The notes under the pieces are model-generated. The model searched no databases, was not told the origin of the DNA, and saw nothing but the letters and a program-made list of their open reading frames with translations. DNA of 64,000 nucleotides, taken from contig CBDBHB010000006.1 of assembly GCA_965205505.1 (NCBI GenBank), positions 128,001-192,000 on the forward strand, written 5' to 3'. Shown here one piece after another: positions 31,647-42,594 of this stretch (the first letter of the stretch is position 1; each line of letters starts with the position of its first letter). The position numbers and the translations under genes were made by a program. This stretch comes from Acidobacteriota bacterium. GTDB lineage: Bacteria > Acidobacteriota > UBA890 > WLXD01.

Positions 31647-31944
31647 TGCTGGCAGCGGCAAGTTCTTCGATTTCGGGAGAAACGCCCGAGCCTTCGCGAA
31701 CTGGGGGTATGCCAGTTGGTTCGTGATCGTCATCGGCGGCCTCGAGACACTCGGCGGCGTACTCGTCTTCGTGCCGCGGTTGGCGTCGTATGGCGCCATG
31801 GTTATCGCGGTGGTGATGATGGGGGCCGCCTACACACACGCGAGCACGGGCATCGGCTCGCCGGTCGGCGCGTTGATCATCATTGGCTTGGCGGCGATTC
31901 TGGCGCGGCTCCGCTGGGCGGATCGGCGGTTGTTCAACGCCTGA
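31642..31944 (+). pseudogene. DoxX-family membrane protein lacking its N-terminus
   Basis: LAGSGKF..F..WGY..IGGLE..GG..MMGAAYTH; begins abruptly at the junction with the PadR gene. Confidence 0.7.
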
Positions 31945-32088
31945 CCCAGGGTATGCAGCGAGGTTTCTGCCCTTGTGCCGGCCCCGGCAGTACCCTGTTC
32001 CTGAACCGCTCGGTGCGCCGATGCCCGGAGCTCTCCGATCCGGCCTGCCGACGCGTTCTTTTGTATCGAAGACGCCGATGGAATGCCG

Positions 32089-32819
32089 ATGACCGAGCAG
32101 TTGTTCCAACTCGACGCCTACGTGCGTCAGTTCGACGCCGTCGTGCAGAGCATCGATGCGGAGCACCGCGCCGTGGTTCTGAACCGCACGGCATTCTACG
32201 CCGGGGGAGGCGGGCAGCCGTGCGACCTCGGCTCGCTACAGTTCGGCGGTCACGCAGTCGAGGTGACGAAAGTTCGCCGCGCCGGCGCGGGCATCGTGCA
32301 CACCCTGGGCGGTCCGATGCCACCGGTGGGCGAAATGGTGGAAGGCGTGATCGACTGGAGCCGGCGGCACGCGCTCATGCGAACCCACACCGCGCTGCAT
32401 ATTCTGTGTGGTGTGGTGTGGTGTGGCGAGACTACGGCGCCCAGGTCACCGGCGGCGGCATGCGTCCGTTACACGGACGCCTGGACTTCGAGTTCGAGGC
32501 ATTGAGCGCGGAGCTGGCTTGCGAGATCGAAGAAAAGCTCAACGTGGAGGTTGATGCGGCGCGCGATATCAGGGTGGCGATTCTGCCTCGTGCCGAGGCC
32601 TTCTAAATCCCCGATTTGATTCGCACCAAGGTGAATCTGCTGCCCGAGAGCCTAACGGAGGTTCGCATCGTGGAGATCGTCGGGCTCGACTTGCAGTCCG
32701 ATGGCGGTACCCACGTGGGCAACACCCGAGAGGTGGGTCGCATACGGATTGCCGGGCACAGGAACAAGGGTCGCATCAACAAGCGCATCGAGATCGAGTT
32801 AGCATCTCGGAGGCCATGA
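32089..32819 (+). pseudogene. AlaX-type alanyl-tRNA editing protein, disrupted
   Basis: FYAGGGGQPCD, MRTHTALH and DGGTHV motifs; extra 5-bp TGTGG at about 32406-32426 and in-frame TAA at 32604. Confidence 0.85.
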
Positions 32820-33853
32820 GCAAGATCGTCGAGTTCGACCTACAGATCCAGCAGTCGCGCGAGCTGTCGCTGAAGGAGTTCTTGCGCAATGGCCCCCGCG
32901 ATAACCTCGCCTACTGGGCCGACCTCAACGGCTCCTCGGAGGATGAGCTGGTTGCCATCGCCAAGCCCTTCGCGATGCCGGATCGAGTGCTCCGCCGATG
33001 GCAGAATCCGGATTCGTCGCGGCAGATAACCGAGGACGCCGACTCGATTGCGCTGGTGCTCGAGTACTGGAACCCCGGGAGCGGGGCCATCGATGACCCG
33101 GATGCGACGCTGGGGACAAACGCGCAGTCGAGGCCGGCACTATCGCCTGGCGAGACCCCCGCTTCGCGACCAGTCGCTAAGCTGAGCTTCTTCCTGAGCG
33201 AGCGTTTCTTCGTGAGCTACTCGCCCGAGCCGGTTCGGTGTCTCGCCAAGGTCAATCGCATTTACGACCGTAACGTGCGCTTCGCGCAGTCGATCGGATT
33301 CCTGTTGTTTCTCGTGTTCGACCAGGTAGTGCAGGACTACGTCGGCATGCTGCAGCCGCTGGAGAACGAGTCGGAGGCGATCGACAATCGTATCTTCGAG
33401 GAATCGACTGAGACGATCAACGAGGACATTCTGCGGCTCAAACGCCGCACGCTCCGCTACAAGCGCGTCGTCAGTGCGGTGCGCGATCTGTTGATGCACG
33501 TCTCCGCGCGCAAGATTCCGGTGATTACCGAGGCGGGCCGTGGCTCCCTGGTGCAGGTGTACCACCATGCGCAGGTGCTGGTGACCTCCATCGAGGGCCT
33601 GCGCGAGATGATCAACAGCTCGCTCGACTCCTATCGCTCGCTGCAGGGACAGAAGCTCAACGAGACGATGAAGGTCCTGACCCTCTTCGCGTCGATCATC
33701 ATGCCGATGACACTGATTGCCGGTATCTACGGCATGAACTTCCAGAACATGCCGGAGCTCGCCTGGCCGCTGGGCTATTTCATGGCGCTCGGCGTCATGG
33801 CGATGACCGGCCTCGGCCTGCTGCTGTTCTTTCGCGCCAGGGGATGGTTCTGA
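32816..33853 (+). CDS. corA: CorA magnesium transporter
   Basis: LNETMKVLT, YGMNF and MPEL motifs; two C-terminal TM segments. Confidence 0.92.
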   Translation: MSKIVEFDLQIQQSRELSLKEFLRNGPRDNLAYWADLNGSSEDELVAIAKPFAMPDRVLRRWQNPDSSRQITEDADSIALVLEYWNPGSGAIDDPDATLGTNAQSRPALSPGETPASRPVAKLSFFLSERFFVSYSPEPVRCLAKVNRIYDRNVRFAQSIGFLLFLVFDQVVQDYVGMLQPLENESEAIDNRIFEESTETINEDILRLKRRTLRYKRVVSAVRDLLMHVSARKIPVITEAGRGSLVQVYHHAQVLVTSIEGLREMINSSLDSYRSLQGQKLNETMKVLTLFASIIMPMTLIAGIYGMNFQNMPELAWPLGYFMALGVMAMTGLGLLLFFRARGWF

Positions 33854-33883
33854 CGGCGACGCCAACGACCTGGCAACTCGCGG

Positions 33884-35527
33884 TCACCGGCGGAGCGGCG
33901 GGGTCGTCCAGGGCGGCTGCCGGTGCAGTGTGGCCTGCTCGTACGAGTAGGCGAGCTCGATGAGTCGTGCTTCGTTCCACGCCGTCGACAGGAAAGTGAT
34001 GCCGGCCGGCAGGCCGGGCCCTCCGTAGGGTCGCGAGTCGGATGTGTCGGGTTGGCGACGCGTGAAGCCCATGGGCACGGTGATGGCGGGGAAGCCGGTG
34101 TGCGGTGACAGATCCTGGCTGTTGTCGCCGCCCGGGCTCTGCAGATCGCCAATGAGCCTCGGCGGGTTGCTCCAGGTCGGGTACACCAGCGCGTCGAGAC
34201 CGTCTGCCTCCATCACCCGACGCACGCCGTCGGCGAGCCGCCTCCCATTGGCCCGCGCCGTGTGGCAAGCCTCATCATCATCGGGATTGCGCGGCGCGTT
34301 CAGCGATTCCTCCAGGCCGTTTCTCACCGACCCGTGGAACTTCTGCGACTCGATGATCTCGGCCAACGTGGCGTACGGTGCAGCCTCGCCGAGCGACGCG
34401 AGGTAGGCCTCGAGGTCGTAGCGGAATCGGTCACACCAGCGCTCACCACGGGGAATGGTGTCGAGCTCGACGATCTCCACGTCGACCGTCTCGGCTCCGA
34501 GGCCGCGCATGTCCTCGAGCGCACGCTCGAACACCTCCTGAATCTCGGCGTCGGTGGTGTCGGTTTCCGACAGCTGCCTCACAACGCCGAGCCGCGCTCC
34601 TGCAAGCGCACCATCCCGCAAGTAGTCAAGGTAGCTTGCGGTCCGTCTGGGCGTGCCATCGGTGCGATTGTCCCGACTTCCGGCAGTCACCTCGTCGGCC
34701 GGGTCGTACCCGGCGATGACGTCGAACACGGCCACCGCGTCGGCTAGACTGCGGGCGAGCGGCCCACCGATGTCATGGTCGAGATCCAGTGGCACGATGC
34801 CATCGCGGCTGGTCAGGCCCATGGTCGAGCGGATCCCCGCCAGCAGGTTGTGCGACGAGGGTCCACGAATCGAGTTGCCGGTATCGGTTCCGAGCCCCAC
34901 CACGCCGAAGCTCGCCGCCACCGCCGCCGCGGTGCCGCCGCTGCTCCCGGCAGGGACACGATTCAGCGCGTAGGGGTTGCGCGTGTAGCCGGGGATGATG
35001 CTGCCCACGGTCTGGTACGGAGAGAAGGCCCACTCTGCCATATGGGACTTGGCCAGGACGATGGCGCCGGCCTGGCGTATTCGCTGCACCTGGAAGGCGT
35101 CGTCCGGAGGTAAGGAGCCCGCGAGCGCTGCTGACCCGGCGCTTGTTTGCATGTCTGCGGTATCGTAGTTGTCCTTGACGATCATCGGGATGCCGTGAAG
35201 CGGTCCGACGAGTCCCTCGGATGCGAGCGCGGCGTCGAGCTCGTCGGCGCGCTCCAGCGCCTCGGGGTTCAGCGTAACGATGGCGTTGAGCGCCGGTCCC
35301 TGCTTGTCGTAGGCGTCGATCCGCGCCAGATAGGCCTCGACCAGCTGCCGTGAGGTTAGCTCCCCCGCCTGCATCGCCGCGTGAATCCGCTCGATCGTCG
35401 CCTCCACGACTTGCCCTGACCCGGGGCCTGGGACCTCGTCGGCCGGTGTGCATGCCGCGACGGCGACCAGGGCGCTGCACAACAGGGTGATCATGGTGAT
35501 CAGATGTGTCCGGTGATGTATCCGCAT
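33884..35527 (-). CDS. Amidase-signature family lipoprotein
   Basis: VKDN, GSSGGTA and GTDTGNSIRGP motifs; lipobox-like VAAC. Confidence 0.92.
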   Translation of the reverse strand: MRIHHRTHLITMITLLCSALVAVAACTPADEVPGPGSGQVVEATIERIHAAMQAGELTSRQLVEAYLARIDAYDKQGPALNAIVTLNPEALERADELDAALASEGLVGPLHGIPMIVKDNYDTADMQTSAGSAALAGSLPPDDAFQVQRIRQAGAIVLAKSHMAEWAFSPYQTVGSIIPGYTRNPYALNRVPAGSSGGTAAAVAASFGVVGLGTDTGNSIRGPSSHNLLAGIRSTMGLTSRDGIVPLDLDHDIGGPLARSLADAVAVFDVIAGYDPADEVTAGSRDNRTDGTPRRTASYLDYLRDGALAGARLGVVRQLSETDTTDAEIQEVFERALEDMRGLGAETVDVEIVELDTIPRGERWCDRFRYDLEAYLASLGEAAPYATLAEIIESQKFHGSVRNGLEESLNAPRNPDDDEACHTARANGRRLADGVRRVMEADGLDALVYPTWSNPPRLIGDLQSPGGDNSQDLSPHTGFPAITVPMGFTRRQPDTSDSRPYGGPGLPAGITFLSTAWNEARLIELAYSYEQATLHRQPPWTTPPLRR

Positions 35528-35628
35528 GGCTTAGAACCCTCCGTTCGGTTTAGCGTACGGCCGGAGTGCGAGAGAATCGAGTCGCCCGACGCCCTGCCAC
35601 GGACAACTCTCGACCGGAATCGTCAACC

Positions 35629-37353
35629 ATGAAACAAGAAGCGGATGCAGCCGGAAGCAGAGCTCGTCACCTCGGGGGCGCGGTTCTGACGCTGCCCGCC
35701 CTGGTCACGCTCTTCGCATGTGCCGAGGCCAACCCACACTTCGATGTTCTCATCCGCGGCGGGGCCGTGTTCGACGGCACGGGTGGCCTGTCGCAACGGG
35801 CAGACATCGGAATCCGGGGCGAGCTGGTGGCAGCCATCGGAGACTTGTCGGGTGCGTCCGGTGACTCGGAGATCGACGCGACCGGCCTGGCCGTGGCGCC
35901 CGGGTTCATCGACATGCACTCGCACTCCGATCGGACGCTGCTGGTGGATGGACGCGCGCTGTCGAAGGTCAAGCAGGGGGTCACGACGGAGCTCCTCGGC
36001 GAATCTGGCTCCCCCGCGCCCGTATTCCCCCAGGCTGCCACCGCGGTGCTGGGCACGTCGGGCGAGCCTGGACTCGCCGACGGATCCGCCGGCGAAGCAT
36101 GGACGACTTTCGCGGAGTACTTCACCCTGCTCGAGCAGCGGGACATTAGCGTCAACGTGCTGTCGACGGTGGGCTCGGGAAAGCTACGGGCAGGGGTGGT
36201 CGGGCTCGACGACGTGCCGGCCACGCCCGAGCAACTCGAGGAGATGAAGGGGCACGTCGAGCGGGCCATGCGCGATGGCGCCTTCGGGCTATCGAGCGGC
36301 CTGATCTACATCCCGAATCGGTACGCGTCGACTGACGAGTTAATCGAGCTCGCCAAGGTCGCCGCGGCGCACGGGGGCTTCTATACGAGCCACCTGCGCG
36401 ACGAGGCCGATGAGCTGGTGGCCGGGGTCGAGGAAGCGGTGCGCATCGGACGGGAGGCCGGTCTGCCGGTGCACATTCTGCACTTCAAGTACTCGGGTAC
36501 CCGCAGCAAGCAACACCACGAGCGCTCACCGTTTCCAGCCGCCGTGCAGGTCGTCGAGGCGGCGCGCGACGAGGGACTAGAGGTCTACGCCGACGTCTAT
36601 CCGTACGTCGCGAGCTCCTCGACGCTCAACCTCAGGATTCCCGATTGGGCTCGCGAGGGCGGAGCCGCGGCGCTCACGGCGCGTCTTCGTGATTCGACCC
36701 TTCGTGCCCGCATCCTCCAGGAGGTCGCCGACCACCTGGCCAAGGGAATTCCGGGGGGACACCCGAGACCGTACTGCTTTCCCGCACACCCTACGAAGGG
36801 CACCGCTCCTACCAGGGGATGACGATTGCCGAGATCGCCGTGCAGATGGGCGCGGATCCCGCCGACACGATTCTGGAGCTGGTGGAGCGCTCGGGCGCCA
36901 GGGCCGGCGCTATCTTCTTCGGCATTCGAGAGGAAGACCTGGAGCACGCGCTAACGTTGCCGTGGACCAGCATCGGCAGCGACGGATCGGCGCTGGCGCC
37001 GGTCGGCGAGCTGGCACAATCGCACCCGCACCCCCGCTCCTACGGCACCTTCCCACGGGTGCTGGCGCGCTACGTGCGCGAGCGCGGCGTGCTGACCCTA
37101 ACCGAAGCGATCCACAAGATGACCGGACTGCCGGCCGCACAGCTGGGTTTGGCGGACCGCGGCACCCGTGTGCTCTCCGTTCTCCAGCACGATCTCGCCG
37201 TTTACCAGCAAGTGGGCAACGCCCTCGGCAAGCTGGTGCGGCGCCTCGAATGTGGCCAGATCGCGGATCGTCTGCGGGTCGAACACCACAACGTCGGCCT
37301 TGTTGCCGACCATCAGCGTGCCGTTGCCGGGGCAGGTGATCCGGCGGAGGTGA
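35629..37353 (+). pseudogene. N-acyl-D-amino-acid deacylase, frameshifted, with an inverted C-terminal segment
   Basis: [16 protein letters not shown] and HPRSYGTFPR motifs; frameshift at the G-run near 36753; 37166-37317 encodes the C-terminus on the minus strand. Confidence 0.88.
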
Positions 37354-37494
37354 GCGCGATGGGTGGGGGTGTGCGTGAGTACAGCGTCACCGCTTGGTGC
37401 TAGATCGGCGGGGTTGCTGGCGCGTCTCAGGCGTAGGTTGGCGAGCGGTGGGTTTGGCGATGCTGTTCTCACGCACACCCCCCCATCGCGCTAG
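37353..37494. mobile_element. MITE family D (about 38-bp imperfect TIR)
   Basis: AGCGCGATGGGTGGGGGTGTGCGTGAGTACAGCGTCACC versus GGCGATGCTGTTCTCACGCACACCCCCCCATCGCGCT-AG. Confidence 0.7.
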
Positions 37495-37496
37495 CA

Positions 37497-37625
37497 ACAT
37501 TGTCAAGTTAAGCTGATTCTTGCCCGCTTGGGCGCCTCGCCCAGACCGCAAACGCTCGATTATCAGGCGTTTTCTGTCTTACGGGTCAGGCGTTTCTCGC
37601 CGATTTCGAGTTAACTTGACAGTAC
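37497..37625. mobile_element. MITE family B copy 1 (129 bp)
   Basis: TGTCAAGTTAA ... TTAACTTGACAGTAC ends; interior similar to 45876-46004. Confidence 0.85.
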
Positions 37626-37649
37626 CCGACCGCTGGGTTTGACAAACCA

Positions 37650-37663
37650 ACCTACTAGTAGGT
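37650..37663. promoter_or_regulatory. Putative TetR operator 1
   Basis: Perfect palindrome ACCTACTAGTAGGT just after a TTGACA, upstream of tetR. Confidence 0.8.
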
Positions 37664-37709
37664 GATCTACTCCTCGATCGCGGATTGAGACGAGCCCACG
37701 GAGCCGGCA

Positions 37710-38273
37710 ATGGACCGCAAGGAACAGATCATCGAAGTTGGACTAGAGCTGCTGCAAAAACGCGGCTACGCCTCGTTCAGCTACGCGGATCTGTCTGAGC
37801 GTCTGGGTATTACCAAGGCCAGCATCCACCACCACTTCCGGAGCAAGGAGGCACTCGGTGTGGCGCTGTCGGAGCGCTACTTCCAGCTAGTACGTCAGAC
37901 GCTCGGGGAGGCCGACGAGCACGACGACCCGTGGGAGCGTTTCGAGGCATACGAACGCGTCGTCTTCGGTGCCTTTGGCTCCGGCGACCGTATCTGCGCC
38001 GCTGGCGCGGTGCAGTCAGACTACAACGTCATCCCAGAGAGCATGCGCGCACACTGGTGCGAGCTGATCCAGTACGTGATCGACTGGATCGCGCAGGTGT
38101 TAGAGGAAGGCAGGCGCAGGGGTTTGATGCAGTTTTCAGGGACTCCCGAAACCCAGGCGATGATGATCTTCTCCACCATGCAGGGGGCACTGCAGTACGG
38201 GCGCGCTCATGGTCGAGAGGAGCTGGAAGCGATTGTTCGACAGGTGAAGAACAACCTCCGCCCCGCGGCATGA
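37710..38273 (+). CDS. TetR/AcrR-family regulator (NemR/LmrA-like)
   Basis: GYASFSYADLSERLGITKASIHHHFRSKE helix-turn-helix. Confidence 0.93.
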   Translation: MDRKEQIIEVGLELLQKRGYASFSYADLSERLGITKASIHHHFRSKEALGVALSERYFQLVRQTLGEADEHDDPWERFEAYERVVFGAFGSGDRICAAGAVQSDYNVIPESMRAHWCELIQYVIDWIAQVLEEGRRRGLMQFSGTPETQAMMIFSTMQGALQYGRAHGREELEAIVRQVKNNLRPAA

Positions 38274-38306
38274 AGGTGACCGCGAGTTTTTTTGTTCGCT
38301 GGATCT

Positions 38307-38320
38307 ACCTACTAGTAGAT
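38307..38320. promoter_or_regulatory. Putative TetR operator 2
   Basis: ACCTACTAGTAGAT upstream of the OYE gene. Confidence 0.75.
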
Positions 38321-38417
38321 AGCTCATGAAATCTCGTCAACTACAGAAACCCATGGCGGCACCCCGACTGATTTGCCGCCCGCCCACCCGAAAGGCCAAG
38401 GCCGAAAGGAGCCACCC

Positions 38418-39549
38418 ATGACCCCCACTCCACAAGCACTTCTCAGCCCGTTCGAGATGCGTGACCTCCACATCGACAACCGCGTCGTTCTCGCTCCCCT
38501 TACACGGGCCCGCGCCGGTGACTCACGTCTGGCGAACGCCCTCATGGCCGAGTACTACGCGCAGCGAGCCGGAGCCGGCCTCCTCATCACCGAGGCCACC
38601 ACCATTTCTTCGCAGGCCAATGGCTGGATCGGCAGCCCGGGCATCTACACCGACGAGCAGGGCGATGCCTGGAGACAGGTAGTCACTGCGGTCCACGAGG
38701 AGGGCAGCCGGATCTTCGTCCAGTTGTGGCACACAGGGCGTGCCTCTCACAGCGACTTCCTGAGCGGCGAACTCCCTGTCGCCCCCTCGGCCATTCCGAT
38801 CACGGGCGAGGGGGTCCGCACGCCGCTCGGCAAGAAACCGCACCAAACGCCCCGCGCTCTGGAGACGAGCGAGCTCCCGGGAATCGTCGCCGACTATGTC
38901 GCTGCTGCCAAGCGTGCTCGCAGCGCAGGCTTCGACGGGGTGGAGATCCATGCGGCCAACGGCTACCTGCTCGATCAGTTCCTGCAATCCAGGACCAATA
39001 GGCGTAGCGACGACTACGGTGGCAGCATCGAGAACCGCTTCCGCCTGCTGCGCGAGATCGTCCAGGGTGTATCGGGTGTACTCCCTGCAGCGCGCATAGG
39101 GGTGCGGATCTCGCCAAACGGTGTGGTCAACGACATGGGCTCCCCCGACTTCCGCGACACGTTCACCTACGTCGCAAAGCAGCTGGACGAGTACAGTCTG
39201 GCGTATCTCCACGTCATGGACGGCCTCGACTTCGGCTCCCACCAGCATGGGGAGCCGATGACACTCGATGAGTTCCGTTCCGTGTTCCGTGTTCCGCGGT
39301 CCGCTGATGGGGAACTGCGGCTACGACGCCGAGAGTGCCGAGGTGGCCGTCGTCCGTGGCGCTGCGGATCTGATCTCCATCGGCCGCCCGTTCCTCGCCA
39401 ACCCCGACCTAGTGGAGCGCTTCCGCAACGGCTGGCCGCTCGCTCCCGTCCCTGATCCCGCAACCTGGTACTCCGGCGAGCCGACACCCGTCGGCTACAC
39501 GGACTATCCCAACTACGCGCCTGCGGCGCGCACCGAGAGGGCAGCATGA
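38418..39549 (+). pseudogene. Old yellow enzyme / alkene reductase (NemA-like), frameshifted
   Basis: APLTRARA, QLWHTGR, EIHAANGYLLDQF and GRPFLANPDL motifs; extra 7-bp TTCCGTG at about 39278-39296. Confidence 0.88.
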
Positions 39550-39920
39550 GCACCGCACCTGCAAGAGTCAGTGAGCACGACGCCATCGCCGAGGCCGTTC
39601 AGCCCTACATCGATGGCGCCAAGTCCGGCAGAGGTGACGACATGAGACCAGCCTTCCACCAGGAGGCGACGATCTTCGGCTATGCCGGTGACGAGCTGTT
39701 CGGCGGTCCCATCGAGCAGCTCTTTACATGGGTTGACCAGAACGACCCATCGCCCGATCTGCAGGCACGGATCGCGAGCATCGATCTGGCTGACACGGTC
39801 GCCACCATGCGGCTCGAGCTCGGCAACCTAGGCGGTCACCGATACACCGACCTCTTCACACTGCTGCGAGTCGACGGGCACTGGAAGATCATGAACAAGG
39901 TCTTCCATCTTCACGCCTGA
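39546..39920 (+). CDS. NTF2-like (Lumazine_bd_2-type) protein
   Basis: YIDG, AFH and YTDLFTLL..WKIMNKVF motifs. Confidence 0.85.
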   Translation: MSTAPARVSEHDAIAEAVQPYIDGAKSGRGDDMRPAFHQEATIFGYAGDELFGGPIEQLFTWVDQNDPSPDLQARIASIDLADTVATMRLELGNLGGHRYTDLFTLLRVDGHWKIMNKVFHLHA

Positions 39921-39983
39921 AGGAGGCAAGCACCGTGAATCGATCCATGGGAGCGGGTCGAAGGGTACACGCGCGCGGCAAGG

Positions 39984-40080
39984 AGCGATTGTTCGACAGG
40001 TCAAGGACAAGTCTCCGCCGCGCGGCACGGAGGTGTCCGCGAGTTTTTTTGTTCAACCTCGTCACCTACTAGTAGGTAGC
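39984..40080 (+). repeat. Diverged copy of 38228-38323 (tetR 3' end, T-tract and operator)
   Basis: Shared AGCGATTGTTCGACAGGT...CCGCGAGTTTTTTTGTTC...ACCTACTAGTAG; operator 3 at 40064-40077. Confidence 0.85.
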
Positions 40081-40155
40081 GGTCTCCAAGAGGAGCCGAT
40101 GTCGTACACATCTCCGAATGAACCGTTGCTCGACCACTCTATTGGTGGATCCTCG

Positions 40156-40799
40156 ATGCTCGAGATCTACAGCGCTCACGGCTGCCCGTTCGCGCACCGG
40201 ACACGCGCCTTGCTGACCTATCTCGGGGTGCCGTTCAAGCTCCACGAAAGATCGACCTGGACGACCGCGACCCGGACTTCCTGAAGATCACGCCTACCGG
40301 CCGGGTACCGCTGCTGGTTGATGGCGACTTCACCTTGTACGAGTCGCAGATCATCAACGAGTACCTCGCCGACCTTCACGACTGGGACTGCGCGTTCGCG
40401 GCCGACCCGCGTCTCCGCGCCCGTCAGCGGCTGGCCATAAAGCAGTGGGACGCCAAGATCCTGAAGGCCTTCTACGCGTCGCTGCGCGACCCGGCGTGGC
40501 TCGATGTGGAGCGGCGCGAAGAGGTCGGAAGGGAGCTGGACGAGCTCGCCCGGACGATCGAGCAGATGGACCATGAGGTGGAAAGCCTGCTCGCGTTCCA
40601 CGTTGCCACGCACTGGGCCCGCATGGTCTGGCTGCGGTCATTCACCGGCCTGCCCGAGTTGGTGGATGAACGGCCGCAGCTGCGGGAGTGGCTCGACCGC
40701 ACCGCTCGTATCCCGGCGCTGCTCGAGACGCTGCCCGACCGAGAAGCGACGGTGCGCCGGTACGAGGACCGCTATGTGGGCCGGCAAGCCGCCGCGTAA
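40156..40799 (+). pseudogene. Glutathione S-transferase family protein, frameshift near 40246
   Basis: CPFAHR N-terminus; second frame gives IDL..PTGRVPLL..LYESQIINEYL. Confidence 0.8.
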
Positions 40800-40901
40800 G
40801 GAGACAAGCAGACGCAGAGAATCCATGACCAACCGATCGAATGCACTAGAGCGTGATCGGAAACCAGTTGTCCGGGGATTCGGACAAGGAGGAAAACGGA
40901 A

Positions 40902-41937
40902 ATGAGAGCAGCAGTGATTCGCGAATTCGGCGATTTCGATGTCCTCAGAGTTGAGGAAGTGCCTACACCCGAGCCACAAGCGGGCGAGGTGCTGATCAAG
41001 ATCCTGGCCACCGGGCTGAACCGCCTGGAACATTACATCCGCGAGGGCTCGATCGTGCCCGAGCTGGGGTGGCCGCATATCCTCGGCGCCGACGCTGCAG
41101 GCGAAGTAGCGGCCGTAGGGGAAGGCGTGACCGGCTTCGCCGTCGGTGAGCGGGTCATCCCGCAGCCGGGATTCCCAACGGCTCCAGTCGACTACGAGAC
41201 CCGTCCTGGTGCTGCAACGGCCAGCTTCAACCTGCCGGGCCTGCACCGACCGGGCACCTATGCCCAGTACATCTCTGTGCCGGCTCGCTTCGTGGTCAAG
41301 GACACCACGGGCCTGTCACCTGAGGAAGCCGCTACGCTGCCGATGGTGCTGTCGACCGGCGTCCGCGCCGTAAGGGGTGTCGGTGAAGTGAAGGCCGGCG
41401 ACAAGGTGCTGGTGCACAGCGGTGCGTCGGGAACGGGTTCGATGTAGATCCAGGTCGCCAAGACTCTGGGGGCCGAGGTCGCCACCACGGTTCGGAGCGC
41501 CGAGAAGGCCGAGTTCGCAAAGAGCATCGGGGCGGACCTTGTGATCAACACGCGCGAGGAGGACTTCGTGGCCAAGGTTCAGGAGTGGAGTGGTGGCCCT
41601 GGCGCCGACGTCGTGATCGACAACCTCGGGGGCGATGTGCTGCCGAAGAGCATCGAGGCGGTCAAGCCGCTCGGCGTGGTCGTGGTCTTCGGTTTCGCGG
41701 CAGGCCCGGAGGCGACCTTCGACGTGCGCAGCCTCTTCTTTGCCCAGAAGCAGCTCCGCGGCGTGATGGCCAGTGATATCGAGGATCTCGAATGGGGCCT
41801 CGAGCAGGTGAAGGCCGGCAAGATCAAGCCGCTGCTGGATACCGTCCTGCCCCTGAGCCAGGCGGGCGCTGCTCACACCCTCCTGGCCGAGGGCCAGGTG
41901 AAAGGCAACATCGTACTGACGCCGTGGGCTGCGTTGG
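40902..41937 (+). pseudogene. MDR-family (quinone oxidoreductase/ADH-like) enzyme with internal TAG and a MITE at the 3' end
   Basis: PHILGADAAG and GASGTG motifs; TAG at 41445 in SM*IQVAK; homology continues to GNIVLTPW. Confidence 0.85.
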
Positions 41938-42066
41938 ATACTGTCAAGTTTAACTCGAAACGGCCAGAAACGCCTGATCGATCAACCCCAAGTCCCTTGT
42001 GCTGCGGGCGTTTCACGTCCGGCCAAGAGGCCTCATCTGCCCATAATCGAGTTAACTTGACAGTAC
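41938..42066. mobile_element. MITE family B copy 2 (inverted, more diverged)
   Basis: ATACTGTCAAGTTTAACTCGAAA ... GTTAACTTGACAGTAC; 129 bp. Confidence 0.85.
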
Positions 42067-42098
42067 CGCGCGAAGGGTTGACTTGCGAACTTAGATAT

Positions 42099-42111
42099 CT
42101 TGTTATACAAG
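42099..42111. promoter_or_regulatory. Putative PadR operator
   Basis: CTTGT-TAT-ACAAG palindrome in the AT-rich region upstream of padR. Confidence 0.45.
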
Positions 42112-42252
42112 TCATCATGCATGGCAATACTACCCTGCTAAACCTCGGGTCCGGCGGGTCGGAGGTGGGAGGTTCGACGTGATGTCTTGCAGATTCAGTC
42201 GGGAGCGTTCGACGGTCCGTCTCAACGCGGTACCGAGGGAGGTCGCGCACCA

Positions 42253-42594
42253 GTGAAACTATCGAACTGGAGGTCGCAGCTCCGCAAAGGTGCCGCCGAG
42301 CTCGCGGTGCTCGCTGCGCTCTCGCGGAAGCCACTGTACGGCTTGGGGATCCTCGAAGCGGTTGCAGCGAAAGCCGGCCTGGAGATCTCCGACGGCACCA
42401 TCTACCCGTTGCTGAATCGGTTGCAGAAGGGTGGATTGGTGAGCTCGCAATGGATCGAGGGCGAAGCCAGCCATCCCCGCAAGTACTACGAGCTGACCGA
42501 GGACGGCCGGTCGCTCCTGCGGGAGATGCGGCGTGAATGGCGCGCGTTCGCCTCGGGAATGGACGAACTTCTCAGGGACATGAACGACCGATGA
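42253..42594 (+). CDS. PadR-family regulator
   Basis: QLRKG, YG, GTIYPLLNRL and PRKYYELT motifs; RBS GGAGG. Confidence 0.93.
   Translation: MKLSNWRSQLRKGAAELAVLAALSRKPLYGLGILEAVAAKAGLEISDGTIYPLLNRLQKGGLVSSQWIEGEASHPRKYYELTEDGRSLLREMRREWRAFASGMDELLRDMNDR

Noticed and set aside
37160-37323. Phase-variable inverton
   Set aside because: Repeats are only 6 bp, no invertase is nearby, re-inversion is out of frame by one base and the gene has another frameshift.
32604-41447. Stop-codon reassignment (TAA/TAG to Gln) or pyrrolysine/selenocysteine read-through
   Set aside because: Many intact genes end in TAG or TAA, both affected genes have other lesions, and neither stop is TGA.
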